The position numbers and the translations under genes are program-made. 64,000 nucleotides of DNA from NCBI GenBank assembly GCA_052279835.1, contig CP181291.1:768001-832000 (forward strand), in the 5' to 3' direction. The stretch comes from Microcoleus sp. (GTDB lineage Bacteria > Cyanobacteriota > Cyanobacteriia > Cyanobacteriales > Microcoleaceae). The notes beneath the pieces were generated by a model, which saw only the letters and a list, made by a program, of their open reading frames with translations, made no database searches and was not told where the DNA came from. Below, in pieces: positions 1-11,068 of the stretch (positions are counted from its first letter, which is position 1; every line of letters starts with the position of its first letter).

Positions 1-9
1 TGAGCGTGT

Positions 10-120
10 AATGGGTAATGGAGCATGGGGAACCCCCCCGCCCCCCCCAAGGGGGGATGGGGGAAGGGCATAGGGCATTACCAATTACCTATTACCTATT
101 ACCTATTACCTATTACCAAT
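10..120. repeat. STRR-type tandem repeats (ATGGGNN and ATTACCT heptamers) around a C7-G-C8-AA-G6 hairpin repeat
   Basis: attacct tandem units at about 77-120; cccccccgccccccccaagggggg at 33-56, a family seen again at 16.1, 20.0, 45.1 and 62.0 kb. Confidence 0.75.
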
Positions 121-142
121 TCTCGATATTATCTCAAATCCG

Positions 143-817
143 CTAAAATTCAAATCGATTGACTTTCCAAACATCTAGATTTTGCTCTTTTTTGAGCCTA
201 ATCCAGCCTCGAACAGAGTTCATCATAAATAAAGTCTCCGTGTGGCACAAATCCTCTAAGGTTATCGACTGTTCTCGGATTTTTCCTTCAGCAAGCATGT
301 GAGCTCTGAATGTTCCTGGTAATAAACCACACTGCACAGGAGGTGTGATTAAGCCTGTGGGAGTTTCGATCGCAATATTGGCGATCGTTGATTCAGTCAT
401 CTCTCCTTGTTCGTTCCACAGCAACACATCCTGATATTCGGGTTGTGACTCCAGAGCTATTGTATAAGGTAAGCGGTAAGTTGTCTTATGGTACAAAAAG
501 GGGATTTGAGAATCGATCGGCTTCCTGGCAATTCCCACAGATGCACCAATTTTTAAGATACCACGCTCTAGGGTCTGAGCTTGTAAGGTTAGTCTACCAT
601 CCCTAGATACTGTTAATCTTACTTTTTTTTCAATATTCCCCAAGGTAATAGTTAATGCTTGTAAGGATTTGTAGACTTCTGGTAATGATAGATTAAACTT
701 AAAATATTCAGCCGATCGCTCTAATCTTTCAAGATGTCTATTTAGTAATAAATACCCCTGATTTGGTTGCCACAAAAGCGATTCCAACAATTCAAAATTT
801 GGCAGTTGTTCAAGCAT
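143..817 (-). CDS. Class IV aminotransferase family protein (aminodeoxychorismate lyase-like)
   Basis: 224 aa ORF; HLERL, ESTIANI, TPP..CGLLPGTFR and NSVRG motifs of PLP fold-type IV enzymes. Confidence 0.8.
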   Translation of the reverse strand: MLEQLPNFELLESLLWQPNQGYLLLNRHLERLERSAEYFKFNLSLPEVYKSLQALTITLGNIEKKVRLTVSRDGRLTLQAQTLERGILKIGASVGIARKPIDSQIPFLYHKTTYRLPYTIALESQPEYQDVLLWNEQGEMTESTIANIAIETPTGLITPPVQCGLLPGTFRAHMLAEGKIREQSITLEDLCHTETLFMMNSVRGWIRLKKEQNLDVWKVNRFEF

Positions 818-856
818 TTACACGATCGTGAATAAGTTACTCAACCCATGTTAATT

Positions 857-1081
857 TTACTTGCGTTGAGACAGTTCTGCCATCGACCAAGTGAAACTGA
901 CCATCATCAAGCGGGCTAGAGCCTTTAAACGGTCTTCACCATGACTCCCAAATACTTGAGACGCAGTTTTAGATTTCACATTGACAGGCAATTCTTCCGC
1001 AGTTACTATTGATTGTTCCAAGTCCGCCTTTTTAGCAGATGTTCCTAGCCCCAATGGAGGCTGATTCTGTTTGTGGCTCAT
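857..1081 (-). CDS. Hypothetical protein
   Basis: 74 aa ORF, co-oriented with the neighbouring gene; no recognised motif. Confidence 0.4.
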   Translation of the reverse strand: MSHKQNQPPLGLGTSAKKADLEQSIVTAEELPVNVKSKTASQVFGSHGEDRLKALARLMMVSFTWSMAELSQRK

Positions 1082-1368
1082 TTTGACTCACTTCCTTGAC
1101 TTATTCGATACCTAAGCCCTACTACAAATGCCAACTATGTGTATCCGGCATTTGGCGATGTTATTTAATTTAAAAAAAATCCCTATTTCCCACTTTTCTG
1201 TAGCTATGTAGCTAAAATAACTAAAGTTTGATGATTACCTAATGGTAATCTGCTCCCAGATCTGGTATGCTAAAACCCTAGGAATACAATTCCCCGATAA
1301 TTTTGGCAAACTGATTATCCCACTGACACTCCGTCTCTCTAAAGTAGTAAATTTAAGGTGTAGAACAA

Positions 1369-2007
1369 ATGGCAATTTATGTTGATACCGCAATTATAAC
1401 AGAAGCCCAGTTAGCGAGTCAGTGGGGATGGGTAGGGGGAATTACTACCAATCCTACACTTTTGGCAAAAAGCAATTTCTCTCCCGCAGTGACGCTACAA
1501 GAACTGGCACAAATCATTCCAGGGGAATTGTATTATCAGCTAACAGCATCTGATTTTGATGGGATGGTAGCAGAAGGAAAAGCAGCTTTTGAATTAATTG
1601 GACAGCAAACAGTCTTAAAAATTCCCGCCACAATCCCCGGTTTCCAAGCAGTAGCGCACCTGTCAGCGGAAATTCCTTGCGCGGTGACAGCTATTTACAG
1701 CCCATCCCAAGCAGTTGTGTCAGCAGCCGCGGGGGCAAAATATGCGATCGCCTATGTGAATCGCGCCACCAGACTTTTGGGAGACGGTTTTGCCCTAGTC
1801 AGGGACATGGCAAATGTCTTGAAAAACACTAATACTGAAATTTTGGCAGCTAGCATTAAATCGCCGGAAGAAGCGGTGCAGACTTTATTAGCTGGTGCCC
1901 ATCATTTGACATTGCCTTTGGATGTATTGCAAGCGATCGCCCTTCATGAATTGTCACAGCAAACTGTGGATGAATTTGCCAAAAATGGGCGCGGAATTGT
2001 TTCGTAA
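1369..2007 (+). CDS. Transaldolase / fructose-6-phosphate aldolase family protein
   Basis: IYVDTA, GITTNPT, LKIPAT and LAASIKS motifs; 212 aa short TalC/FSA-type length. Confidence 0.9.
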   Translation: MAIYVDTAIITEAQLASQWGWVGGITTNPTLLAKSNFSPAVTLQELAQIIPGELYYQLTASDFDGMVAEGKAAFELIGQQTVLKIPATIPGFQAVAHLSAEIPCAVTAIYSPSQAVVSAAAGAKYAIAYVNRATRLLGDGFALVRDMANVLKNTNTEILAASIKSPEEAVQTLLAGAHHLTLPLDVLQAIALHELSQQTVDEFAKNGRGIVS

Positions 2008-2014
2008 TCTCGTT

Positions 2015-4084
2015 CTAAGGAATTCGCCAAATCTTAATCGTGCGATCGGGACTAGCACTGACTAAGATTTTACCATTTTTACTAATCTCAATAGAATTCA
2101 CAAACTGACTGTGACCAGAAAGAGTGTTTCTTTCTTGTCCGGTCTTGACATCCCAAACTATAATATCCGCACCACCACTGATTAAAGAGCGGTTATCGGG
2201 GCTAAAAGCGATCGCCCTGACCCAACTTCCATGCCCTTCCAGAGTGCCAGTCCGTTTGCCATTTTGCGCGTTCCACAAACGGATAGTATTGTCACTGCTA
2301 CCACTAGCCACAACTTGCCCATTGGGGCTAAAAGCCACCGCATTCACAGCCCGCCCATGACCGGCGAGAATTCTTCTAACATCTCCGCTTTTGACACTCC
2401 ACAAACGTACAGTCTTGTCTTCGCTACCGCTAGCCAAAGTTTGACCGTCTGGGCTAAAGGCGATCGCATTTACTCCTCCCCCGTGACCAATCAAAGTCAA
2501 CAACTTACTTCCCGTTCTGAAATTCCACAAGCGAACAGTTTTATCATCACTAGCACTAGCCATAGTCTGACCGTCTCGGCTGAAAGCGATCGCATTCACC
2601 CCACGGCTGTGAGCGGGAATTGTCAGCATCCGCCGATAGTTTTTTAAATCCCACAAAATCACATTATTATCGTCGCCACCACTAGCTAAAATTTCGCCAT
2701 TGGGACTCACTGCCAGAGCATTCACCGATTTTTTAGAATGGACTTGATTGAGCGTCTTCACCACCTCTCCCGTCCTCAGATTCCAAATTCTAATCGTGCC
2801 AAAACTGGCAGTGACCAAAGTTTTACCATCCGAAGAAAGGGCGATGTTATTTACACTCCCGACATTATCCAAACTATTTTCCAAAAACTGACTGCTAGGC
2901 AAACTAGAAAGCAGCCACATGGGATTTGCCGGAAATACCTTATAACGCAGGGAACCGTAAATTTGAGACCCGCCCACAGCCACCAGTAACACAGCAGCGC
3001 CAGCCAGCAACTTGTTTTTCCACTCAAACCTGTTTGGACCTGACTTCCTCAAGCCAGAGCTCAGCGGTCTGAGCCGATTTCCCGAACTCTGCTTAGTCAT
3101 CCCAGACACGCCAGGATTCGCCCGAATTTTAGTTTGACCAGTCGTCGGTAACTGAGTTGGCAACTCAGGCTCCCCCTGATCCAGATTAATTTCTTCCAAG
3201 CACTGTAAAACCACCTGTGGACTTTGAGGTCGATTTCCCGGAAAAGGCGCCATCAAATAGTCAATCACATTCGCCACAGCATCGGAAACTTGAGGAGCCC
3301 CTTTGCGCCACATCAATTTACCCGTGCGTGGATTTTCAGGAAAAGCCGTCGGTGGTTTCCCCGTCAGTAAATAAACAAAAGTGCGTCCCAGAGCAAAAAA
3401 ATCTGACTGCGGAACGGCCTTACCATTGGTTTGTTCCGGCGGTGTGTAACCAGGAGAAACAATACCTGTCACATTTCCGCCCTGACCCACTTTGGCGAAA
3501 TAAGTCGCCGACACTTCCCTAGCAGTCCCGAAGTCAATCAGCACCAACTGACCGTTTGGCTTGCACATAATATTGTGCGGCTTGATGTCCCTGTGAAAAT
3601 AATTCAGTCGGTGAACCAAATCTAAAATTTCCGACAGTTGTTTCAACCAATTAACAGCCAGTTCTTGAGTAATCGGGCGACCCCGATGTTTCAGCCAGTC
3701 CTGCAAATTAGCACCGGCAATTTTCTCCATGATCAGACAGTGAAAAGACTCCGTGGTGTTAGCCGGGGAAAATGTAAAATAACCGTCGCGATCTACTTTC
3801 GGAATGCCCGGATGTCTCAGCCTGACCAATACGTCGGCTTCTTGCTTAAAAAGTTCTACAGCTTTGGGATGTTCTTTGAGGAGGACTTTGAGCACTTTTC
3901 GGGTGCCGTTGTCGTCCACTTCAAAAGTTTTACCAAAACCCCCGCCTCCGAGAGGGGCGACCAAGCGATATCTACCTTGCAACAAAAGTTCTGAACCGCA
4001 GTGAAGACACGCGGACTTACCAGCATTGGCAGGATCGGAGGGATTCGGGCATTTGGGATTGAGGCAATAACTCACAGAAGCCAC
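2015..4084 (-). CDS. Ser/Thr protein kinase with N-terminal Cys ribbon, TM segment and C-terminal WD40 repeats
   Basis: YCLNPKC..CLHCG; LGGGGFG, HRDIKPHN, DFG; about 7 WD40 repeats (GH...VNAIAFSPDG...LW). Confidence 0.95.
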   Translation of the reverse strand: MASVSYCLNPKCPNPSDPANAGKSACLHCGSELLLQGRYRLVAPLGGGGFGKTFEVDDNGTRKVLKVLLKEHPKAVELFKQEADVLVRLRHPGIPKVDRDGYFTFSPANTTESFHCLIMEKIAGANLQDWLKHRGRPITQELAVNWLKQLSEILDLVHRLNYFHRDIKPHNIMCKPNGQLVLIDFGTAREVSATYFAKVGQGGNVTGIVSPGYTPPEQTNGKAVPQSDFFALGRTFVYLLTGKPPTAFPENPRTGKLMWRKGAPQVSDAVANVIDYLMAPFPGNRPQSPQVVLQCLEEINLDQGEPELPTQLPTTGQTKIRANPGVSGMTKQSSGNRLRPLSSGLRKSGPNRFEWKNKLLAGAAVLLVAVGGSQIYGSLRYKVFPANPMWLLSSLPSSQFLENSLDNVGSVNNIALSSDGKTLVTASFGTIRIWNLRTGEVVKTLNQVHSKKSVNALAVSPNGEILASGGDDNNVILWDLKNYRRMLTIPAHSRGVNAIAFSRDGQTMASASDDKTVRLWNFRTGSKLLTLIGHGGGVNAIAFSPDGQTLASGSEDKTVRLWSVKSGDVRRILAGHGRAVNAVAFSPNGQVVASGSSDNTIRLWNAQNGKRTGTLEGHGSWVRAIAFSPDNRSLISGGADIIVWDVKTGQERNTLSGHSQFVNSIEISKNGKILVSASPDRTIKIWRIP

Positions 4085-4424
4085 ATAACCCTAGTTGAGG
4101 TTGCTTTATCAATGTTTACTTTAACATCTTGATACTTTCAATTCAGATTTTCTCTGACATCTGGAGAGAATCCAAATATGACACACTCTTCAGAAATATC
4201 TTTGAGCATGGTATCTAACATTGCGATCGCACAACGACAGCGCTTTGTGTTTGTTTTTGTTGAAGACACCGGCAAAAATTGAAGACTAGACCTATTAATT
4301 AGGCACGCTTGTATATTGCTGGTAATTAACGCTGTCATGGTCAGTTGAGACCTGTGAACGGATCGCACTTACTCTTCCATTGTACGATCGCAACGACCAC
4401 TTGCAAAGGAAGACGGAAAAACGA

Positions 4425-4490
4425 AGCAGGAAGAGAGGGAAGAGGGGCACAGAGGGAGAGGGGGAGAGAGGGAGAGGGGGAGAGGGACTC
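4425..4490. repeat. Purine-rich GGGAGAG short tandem repeats
   Basis: gggagagggggagagagggagagggggagaggg run in the intergenic DNA. Confidence 0.6.
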
Positions 4491-4605
4491 GGCGGTTTCA
4501 TTCTCAAGAAAACGATGATTGTTTAGGGGTAGCGCCTTTCTTTGCCTACCCCCCCATGCTTGCTGAGAATAAAACAGCCCTAACCCTTCCCCCCTCCTTT
4601 TGGAT

Positions 4606-5727
4606 CTAGGCAAGTCCGTCAATTACCGGGTGAAAATAGAACGCTAGGGCTAAAACTGCATAAGCTGCCAGCAGCAAAGTACCTTCGAGCCAGTTAGACT
4701 TACCGTCAGAACTGATCGAATTAGCAATCAGCACCGCTACCGTCACCGCTACCAGTTCAAACGGATTGAAGTCCAAGTCCATCGGTTTTCCCAAGACAAA
4801 ACCGGCCAAAACCAACACCGGCGCAACAAACAGAGCAATTTGCAAACTGGAACCAACTGCCACAGAAACCGACAAATCCATTTTATTTTTCATCGCCACC
4901 GTGACTGCTGTAGCGTGTTCGGCGGCGTTACCAATAATCGGAACTAAAATCACCCCAGTAAACAATGCACTCAGTCCCAAACGGGCCGTTGCTTCTTCTA
5001 GAGTACCGACTAGCAGTTCGGACTCCGCAGCTACCATCAGGGTACACACCAACAGCACCCCAATCCACAGTGGTAGATTGACTTTGTGTTCGGGATTGTC
5101 TCCTGCTAAATTGCTGTCGGCTAGTTCTTCCAACATTTCGATCTCCGCTACCCCAGCATCGTAGAGGTAGGTGTGAGTTTTCATCGAAAACAGCAGAGTC
5201 AGCACGTAGACTACGATCAGGACTACAGCCACGGCGCTAGAAAGCTTTTGCATCGTCTCAGGATCGATACCTCTAGAGGTGACATCCACTGCTGTCGGCA
5301 CCAAAATTGCAATTACGGCTAAATTCATCGCCGAAGCGTTCAATCTGGCGACTATCGGCTGAAATTCTTGTTCTTTGTAGCGCAAGCCACCCAGCAACAT
5401 GGCCAGCCCCATGACTAGCAACAGGTTCCCAATAATCGAACCGGTGATACTCGCTTTCACCACATCGATCAGTCCGGCATTGAGGGCGACGATACCGATA
5501 ATCAGTTCCGTGGCATTTCCAAAGGTAGCGTTAAGCAAACCACCCAAATTTGGGCCCAGGACGACGGCGATTTCTTCGGTGGCAGTACCCATCCACGCAG
5601 CCAGGGGGATGATGGCTAGGGCCGATGTGATGAAGATTGTGGAGGATTCCCATTCCAGGAAGTGTCCGGCAATGGAAATCGGGATAAATAGCAGTAGGCT
5701 CGAAAGAATTGTTTTTGTGTTCAGCAT
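4606..5727 (-). CDS. cax: Calcium/proton exchanger (CaCA family)
   Basis: NATFGNATELI and IIGNAAEH alpha-repeat motifs; about 11 hydrophobic segments. Confidence 0.93.
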   Translation of the reverse strand: MLNTKTILSSLLLFIPISIAGHFLEWESSTIFITSALAIIPLAAWMGTATEEIAVVLGPNLGGLLNATFGNATELIIGIVALNAGLIDVVKASITGSIIGNLLLVMGLAMLLGGLRYKEQEFQPIVARLNASAMNLAVIAILVPTAVDVTSRGIDPETMQKLSSAVAVVLIVVYVLTLLFSMKTHTYLYDAGVAEIEMLEELADSNLAGDNPEHKVNLPLWIGVLLVCTLMVAAESELLVGTLEEATARLGLSALFTGVILVPIIGNAAEHATAVTVAMKNKMDLSVSVAVGSSLQIALFVAPVLVLAGFVLGKPMDLDFNPFELVAVTVAVLIANSISSDGKSNWLEGTLLLAAYAVLALAFYFHPVIDGLA

Positions 5728-5898
5728 TGAGATTTCTGAAAGGTTCCCAACACCAAATCATAGCTTGTGGATTTATGGAAAAAACGGGTTGGGACAGGGA
5801 ATTTGGTGGTGAATTGCGATCGCCCGGAGTGGCCATTTGCTAATTAATTGATAACCAGGGCGTAAGTCAAGTGTTGTCATCTCAAGGATCTACCTCTC

Positions 5899-6969
5899 TT
5901 ACTTATTGGGAATTAGCTGTTCTTGTTTGGCAAGAGGAATCAGTTTCTCCATGGAAGAATTGAGATTTGTTTCGGGACTTTTAAACACAAAAGCAAAACT
6001 TGCTAAAGCTCCCAGTAATCCCCCCACTAAAGTAATTTTTTTGAAATCAATTAAATCAGCCCAAAAAGCTTGCTGACTATGGAATTTGAATTCGGCAACT
6101 GTGGGCAATGGCAGGGAAAATTCTGTGTCAGGAATCGCACTGAGCGCTCCTTGTATTTCTGCTAACATTTCCCTAGCAGTTGCATAGCGATCGCGCGGGT
6201 GAAACCGAATTGCCTTATCCAAAATTGCTGCCAAACTATAACTAATATTGCCAGCCAAATGCCGCCAAACAAACTCTCCTGTTTCCGCATCTACTTCTAA
6301 TTCTTGAGGAATCTTCCCAGTTAGTAAATAAATCGCAGTCAATCCCAAGCTAAATAAATCACTAGCATAAATTGGTCGTCCGTTTGCCTGTTCCGATGCC
6401 ATAAATCCAGGAGTACCTATCAGGATAGAGCGGGAATTGTCCGCAGAGTTCTCCGCTGTAGCCATCGTTTCTTTCACCGCTCCAAAATCAATCAGCACTG
6501 GCTGTCCATCTCGCTTTCTCAACAAAATATTGTCAGGCTTAATATCTCTGTGAATAATGCCGTGAGCGTGAATATAATCAAGAATTTCCAATACACTGAT
6601 TAATATGGATTTTACAGTTCCCTCGCTGCACAGTCCTTGTTCTTGTATCTTACGCGCCAGATTTTCCCCGTCAATCCATTCTTGAACTAAATAAAATTGG
6701 CCAGACTCTTCAAAATAAGCGTAAAGTTGGGGAATTCTATATTTCCGTTCGTTGAGTAGTTCCAAAATTGCGGCTTCCCGTTTAAACCGCTGTTGAACTA
6801 AATGTAAAATTTGAGGATTTTTAGCAGTAGGCTTTAACTGCTTGAGTACACAGCAGCGAGCTGAAGGCATTTGAGTATCTTGGGCTAGAAAAGTTTCCCC
6901 AAAACCCCCAGTGCCGAGTTTGGCAATAATGCGATAGCGGTTGTTCAAAAGAGTTGGTTTCATATCCAT
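5899..6969 (-). CDS. Ser/Thr protein kinase with C-terminal TM segment
   Basis: LGTGGFGETFLA, HRDIKPDN, DFGAVKE, GTPGFM. Confidence 0.93.
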   Translation of the reverse strand: MDMKPTLLNNRYRIIAKLGTGGFGETFLAQDTQMPSARCCVLKQLKPTAKNPQILHLVQQRFKREAAILELLNERKYRIPQLYAYFEESGQFYLVQEWIDGENLARKIQEQGLCSEGTVKSILISVLEILDYIHAHGIIHRDIKPDNILLRKRDGQPVLIDFGAVKETMATAENSADNSRSILIGTPGFMASEQANGRPIYASDLFSLGLTAIYLLTGKIPQELEVDAETGEFVWRHLAGNISYSLAAILDKAIRFHPRDRYATAREMLAEIQGALSAIPDTEFSLPLPTVAEFKFHSQQAFWADLIDFKKITLVGGLLGALASFAFVFKSPETNLNSSMEKLIPLAKQEQLIPNK

Positions 6970-7261
6970 TGGGTATTTTGAATGTCAAGCAGATGTTCCA
7001 GGAAGAAGGCAGAAGGCAGATGCAACAATAGCAATACGATTTACATTCATAATATTTTGGCCCCGATCAGCCCAACTTGAGAATCAATGTTTTTTGTATG
7101 GGATAAGGAAGAAGGCGCTTCGACTACGCTCAGGGGAACCGGGAAGAAGGGCAGAAACCGCTAATTAAGTGGATTTACTTATTGCATCCCAAAAACTTGG
7201 TAACAACGCGCTTTCAGACCAGTCTGGTGTCCCTAACTATCTCAAAAATTCGCCTAAAACC

Positions 7262-7295
7262 AAATACCCAACTACACAGAAGCAGTCGGGTATTT
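7262..7295. repeat. Imperfect inverted repeat (REP-like or terminator)
   Basis: aaatacccaact ... agtcgggtattt arms, just downstream of the 7334-7873 gene. Confidence 0.5.
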
Positions 7296-7333
7296 AAGGG
7301 ATAATTGAAAGGAGGTTCTGCTTTACTTCAAAT

Positions 7334-7873
7334 TTACTTCAAATCTAGCAATCCGCTAGTTTTCAGTTTAGGATTAAATCGAATTTCTTCCGTGACACCA
7401 CGGGCTTTGAGTTGGGATAATATTTCATTTTCTACCCGTCGCGCTACATTTTTCAACAACTTATCTTTGGCAAGTTCATCGATGATGATAGCTTGATAAT
7501 TTGCTATTTCTTCGACTGTCATTACAGTTTTGGTATCGATGGGATCGTTCCACTTCCCAGCATCGACACCATTACCCGCAGGCTCCGAACCGTTTTCGGC
7601 AATCCAACTTTGTCGGATATTTTCTAGAATAGTGCGGTTTGGTCGATCGATTATTTGGACTTTCAGCCAGTAGCAGTGTTGGTGTTGGCGCACTAGATAT
7701 TGTTTCAGGCTGAGGTAAATATCGCGAGAATATCCCACAAATTGGAGGACTTTATCGCTGTCGAAAATCGCGCAAACGCCTATTTTTCCCTGTACAAATT
7801 CTGGTAATTTTCCCTCAGAATCGATGTATGGAAAGAATTCTAAGCTAGCTAATGTGGGAATGTCTTCTGTCAT
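7334..7873 (-). CDS. GIY-YIG-like conserved cyanobacterial protein
   Basis: GVCAIFD...QFVGYSRDI..SLKQ resembles a degenerate GIY-YIG motif. Confidence 0.7.
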   Translation of the reverse strand: MTEDIPTLASLEFFPYIDSEGKLPEFVQGKIGVCAIFDSDKVLQFVGYSRDIYLSLKQYLVRQHQHCYWLKVQIIDRPNRTILENIRQSWIAENGSEPAGNGVDAGKWNDPIDTKTVMTVEEIANYQAIIIDELAKDKLLKNVARRVENEILSQLKARGVTEEIRFNPKLKTSGLLDLK

Positions 7874-7955
7874 TCTATTTGATATTTTAGATGTAAGATT
7901 GGAGAGTTAAATCAGAAATTAACCAGGTTTTAGCTAATTGGTAAACTGTTTTTAG

Positions 7956-8282
7956 CTAAGTATTAAATACTCGATAAATGGCACAGAGACGACTGGGCTT
8001 AAAGACTTTGGCTTGGAACATGAAATTAGGTGGCACATTCACGATCGCAAAATCGCTGTGATTGTGATACTTTTCAAACTCCGCAGGCATTCCCTTGGGA
8101 GTCTCGGTGCTGTAAGGGACTGGCTGAAAAAGTAAGTTGGTAAACTCAATGCGCGAGCAGTGCAATTGTTGTGCTACTTGTGTCTGGAAACTTTCAGCGG
8201 TTAATAAACTCAACAGTACAGCTTTAGCACTCGGTTCTAGGACAAAACTGCCGTCATAGCTTTCAATAATTTTGAGACCCAT
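7956..8282 (-). CDS. Hypothetical protein
   Basis: 108 aa ORF preceded by an AGGAGG ribosome-binding site. Confidence 0.7.
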   Translation of the reverse strand: MGLKIIESYDGSFVLEPSAKAVLLSLLTAESFQTQVAQQLHCSRIEFTNLLFQPVPYSTETPKGMPAEFEKYHNHSDFAIVNVPPNFMFQAKVFKPSRLCAIYRVFNT

Positions 8283-8429
8283 TTTTTTTATACCTCCTGA
8301 CTGGTGGCTGACAGACTGATTTCTGATTTTGGATGTAGGATTTGGATGTAGGATTTTTGGTACAAGCTCTTGAGTTTAACCTAATCCCGATCGAAATCTA
8401 CCACACGACTAAAAGGTTAATCCGCAACT

Positions 8430-9233
8430 ATGCAAAAAATGAACGACGTATCATTCCCAGTCCTCCGAAGCTCCTCAAACCAGCGAGACTGGGTAGAAGT
8501 CGCAGAATACGCATCCATAGCCGGTTCAGCTATTGGCACGATTGTCGCAGCATTGTCAGGGCAAATTATCTACGCTGCGGCTCCTTTAACCGCTGCACTG
8601 TCGCTGAATTTCCTCAATCGCCAACGTTTCGAGCAAAAAATGCAGCAAAAGGCAAATTCTGCGATCGCAGGCGTAGAATTGACAGTAAAGTCCCTCCAAC
8701 AGCAAGTTCAGACACTTCCGGGAGACTCGAAGGAACTATATACCACCGTCTCTGACTTGCAGCAGCAACTTCGCAGTTTGGAATCCCACGCCATCCCTGA
8801 TATGCAGGCCATCTTGACTTCCCTGCAACAGCAAATGCAGGCGCATCCGGCTGACTCTGAGGAAATTGAAACTATGCTTGGAGAGTTGCAGCAAAAACTC
8901 GTCAGTTTGGAAAATAGAGCCCTGACAGAATTAGATTGGGAAAATGTGAATGTCCGGTTTTTGTTGATGGACGAAAAGTTAACGCAAGTTAAAAATATGA
9001 CAGCACAGTTGCAGCAGCGATCGGAGGAGGTAGACTTGAATCAAATCCAAAGTTCCCTGGGGCAATTGCAAGTTTTGCTCGATCGACCCACCATAGATGT
9101 AGGGACACTGCAAACCGAGATTCAGCAATTGCAGGAGCAAGTTTCCCAATTGCAGCGACAAAATCAACAAATTGTCAAGCCTTATTTGCAGCGCCTGACT
9201 CGCGCCGTGAAGCAGCTATCAGTGAAAAGTTAA
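8430..9233 (+). CDS. Hypothetical coiled-coil protein with N-terminal hydrophobic hairpin
   Basis: AAAPLTAALSLNFLNR segment followed by Q/L-rich heptads. Confidence 0.75.
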   Translation: MQKMNDVSFPVLRSSSNQRDWVEVAEYASIAGSAIGTIVAALSGQIIYAAAPLTAALSLNFLNRQRFEQKMQQKANSAIAGVELTVKSLQQQVQTLPGDSKELYTTVSDLQQQLRSLESHAIPDMQAILTSLQQQMQAHPADSEEIETMLGELQQKLVSLENRALTELDWENVNVRFLLMDEKLTQVKNMTAQLQQRSEEVDLNQIQSSLGQLQVLLDRPTIDVGTLQTEIQQLQEQVSQLQRQNQQIVKPYLQRLTRAVKQLSVKS

Positions 9234-10093
9234 GTGTGAGTAAATTTTTGCCAAGCTTGCCAAAAAACATAAACCGATAAAAGTGCCAAGAGCGATCGAA
9301 AGGCTAAACTAACTAGACGATCGGACAATTTGGGCAAAAACCGAGTGCTAACCTGGGCCCCCAACAATCCACCAGCGCCCAGAATCAAACCCACATTCCA
9401 CAAAACATTCCCACGCGCAGCGTGTCCCAAAGTCGCTGAAATTGCAGTGATGACAATTACGCCCAAACTCGTTTGAATAGCTGTTTTAATACTTTCTCCT
9501 AACAGCAAAATTTGCATTGGCACCATAATCACACCCCCGCCTACACCGAACAAACCTGCTAATAAACCAGCCAAACCACCAGTGGTAACTTTAGCCAAAG
9601 TTGGATTAAAAAAAAGATTGGGATGATTGGGGAATCGGGAATCAGAAATCGGCAATGGGGAATTTTCCCCTTGTCCCGTTTGTCCTCCCATACCCTGTTG
9701 TCCCTCTGCCATTTTTTTGGCTTCTGTCAGATATTTACGAACTTGAATTAAATAAATATTCAGTAACAGCAACAACCCAAAAGCAATTAACAACAAGTAA
9801 GGCGGAAATATCCCCGTCAAATAAACACCCATTTGTGCTGTTATTACGGCTGGAAAACCAATTCCTGCTACCTGACTCAAACTGAAGTAGCCCATGCGCC
9901 AATTCTGGAAACTGCCAGAAATAGCTGTAATTATGATGGAAAAACCGCTCGTAGCCACAGCTTCCACCGGCGCGTAGTTGAGAGCAACCAACAGAGGTAC
10001 GAGCATCGTGCCACCGCCGATGCCCAAAAATCCTGCTAGAATTCCTGCCAAAAGTCCAGCCGCACCCAGAATCAATAATTCGCTGACAGTCAT
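9230..10093 (-). CDS. Sulfite exporter TauE/SafE family membrane protein
   Basis: Two GxxAGxxGxGGG repeats (GFLGIGGG, GLFGVGGG); AVATS and AIQTSL motifs. Confidence 0.9.
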   Translation of the reverse strand: MTVSELLILGAAGLLAGILAGFLGIGGGTMLVPLLVALNYAPVEAVATSGFSIIITAISGSFQNWRMGYFSLSQVAGIGFPAVITAQMGVYLTGIFPPYLLLIAFGLLLLLNIYLIQVRKYLTEAKKMAEGQQGMGGQTGQGENSPLPISDSRFPNHPNLFFNPTLAKVTTGGLAGLLAGLFGVGGGVIMVPMQILLLGESIKTAIQTSLGVIVITAISATLGHAARGNVLWNVGLILGAGGLLGAQVSTRFLPKLSDRLVSLAFRSLLALLSVYVFWQAWQKFTHT

Positions 10094-10133
10094 TAGTCAT
10101 TAGTTAGTAGTTAGTAGTTAGTAGTTAGTAGTT
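10088..10133. repeat. STRR heptamer tandem (AGTCATT / AGTAGTT)
   Basis: agtcattagtcattagttagtagttagtagttagtagttagtagtt. Confidence 0.7.
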
Positions 10134-10225
10134 ATTTGTGACTCGCTTGGGGATGCTAATAACCAATAACTAATAACCAATAACATTTGTCAACAGTTAA
10201 TATTTAGCAGTCAACTTACAACTTT

Positions 10226-11068
10226 TTAAGCATCATTAGTTGTGCCGTCAGGCATGATCGCCCGTCTTAAATCTGCATCCCGGAAGTTAGCTCGATTGAG
10301 GTTAGCATCAATCAAAACAGTTTCTACCAGTACCGCTCCGCTTAAATTAGACCAACAAAGTTGTGCGCGGTACAAATTAGCACCGCTCAAGTTAGCTCCC
10401 CGGAGGCTAGACCAACTGATATTAGCGACTCTCAAATTAGCATTATTAAGATTAGCTTCGCTGAGATTAGCACCCATCATTTTTACTTCGCGCAAGTCTG
10501 CACCAGTCAGGTTGGCTCCGGTGAGAATTGCCCCGCTGAGAATTGCCTTTGTCAGATTAGCTCTTTCCAAAACCGACTCGCTCAGGATAGCATTTGTCAG
10601 GTTTACCGCTTTGAGAGTTGACCAACTCAAATTGGCTTTCATCAAATTAGTGCGGATCATGCTAGCGTCCGTTAAGTTGGCTGCAAACAAATTCGCTTCA
10701 GTAAAGTTGGCTTCGGTCAAATTAGCTTCGGTCAAGTTAGCCTTGCTCATGTTGACTTCCCTCGCCATTGAGCCACGCAGGTTCGCTCCGGTAAGGTTGG
10801 CCCCACTCAGATTAGCGCGACTCAAATCAGTTCCAATCAAATTTGCTTCGCAGAGGTTAGCTTCCGTCAAGTCCACCCCAGCCAGTTTCACCTCGCGCAG
10901 GTTGGCTCCGGTGAGGTTAGCACCTTTGAGATTCGCCTGCTGGAAATTGGCTCTGGTAAAGTTAGCCTCGCTGAGGTCTACCCCTTTGAGGTCAGCCCCC
11001 GCGAGGTTAATCTCTCGAAAAATTCTTTCTCCGGCCGCATATTGCCTCAGAATTAGATCGGCCTCCAT
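10226..11068 (-). CDS. Pentapeptide repeat protein
   Basis: Long A(N/D)L(S/T)x repeat run. Likely start is MEADLILRQYAAGER at 11068; the ORF track extends to 11164. Confidence 0.92.
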   Translation of the reverse strand: MEADLILRQYAAGERIFREINLAGADLKGVDLSEANFTRANFQQANLKGANLTGANLREVKLAGVDLTEANLCEANLIGTDLSRANLSGANLTGANLRGSMAREVNMSKANLTEANLTEANFTEANLFAANLTDASMIRTNLMKANLSWSTLKAVNLTNAILSESVLERANLTKAILSGAILTGANLTGADLREVKMMGANLSEANLNNANLRVANISWSSLRGANLSGANLYRAQLCWSNLSGAVLVETVLIDANLNRANFRDADLRRAIMPDGTTNDA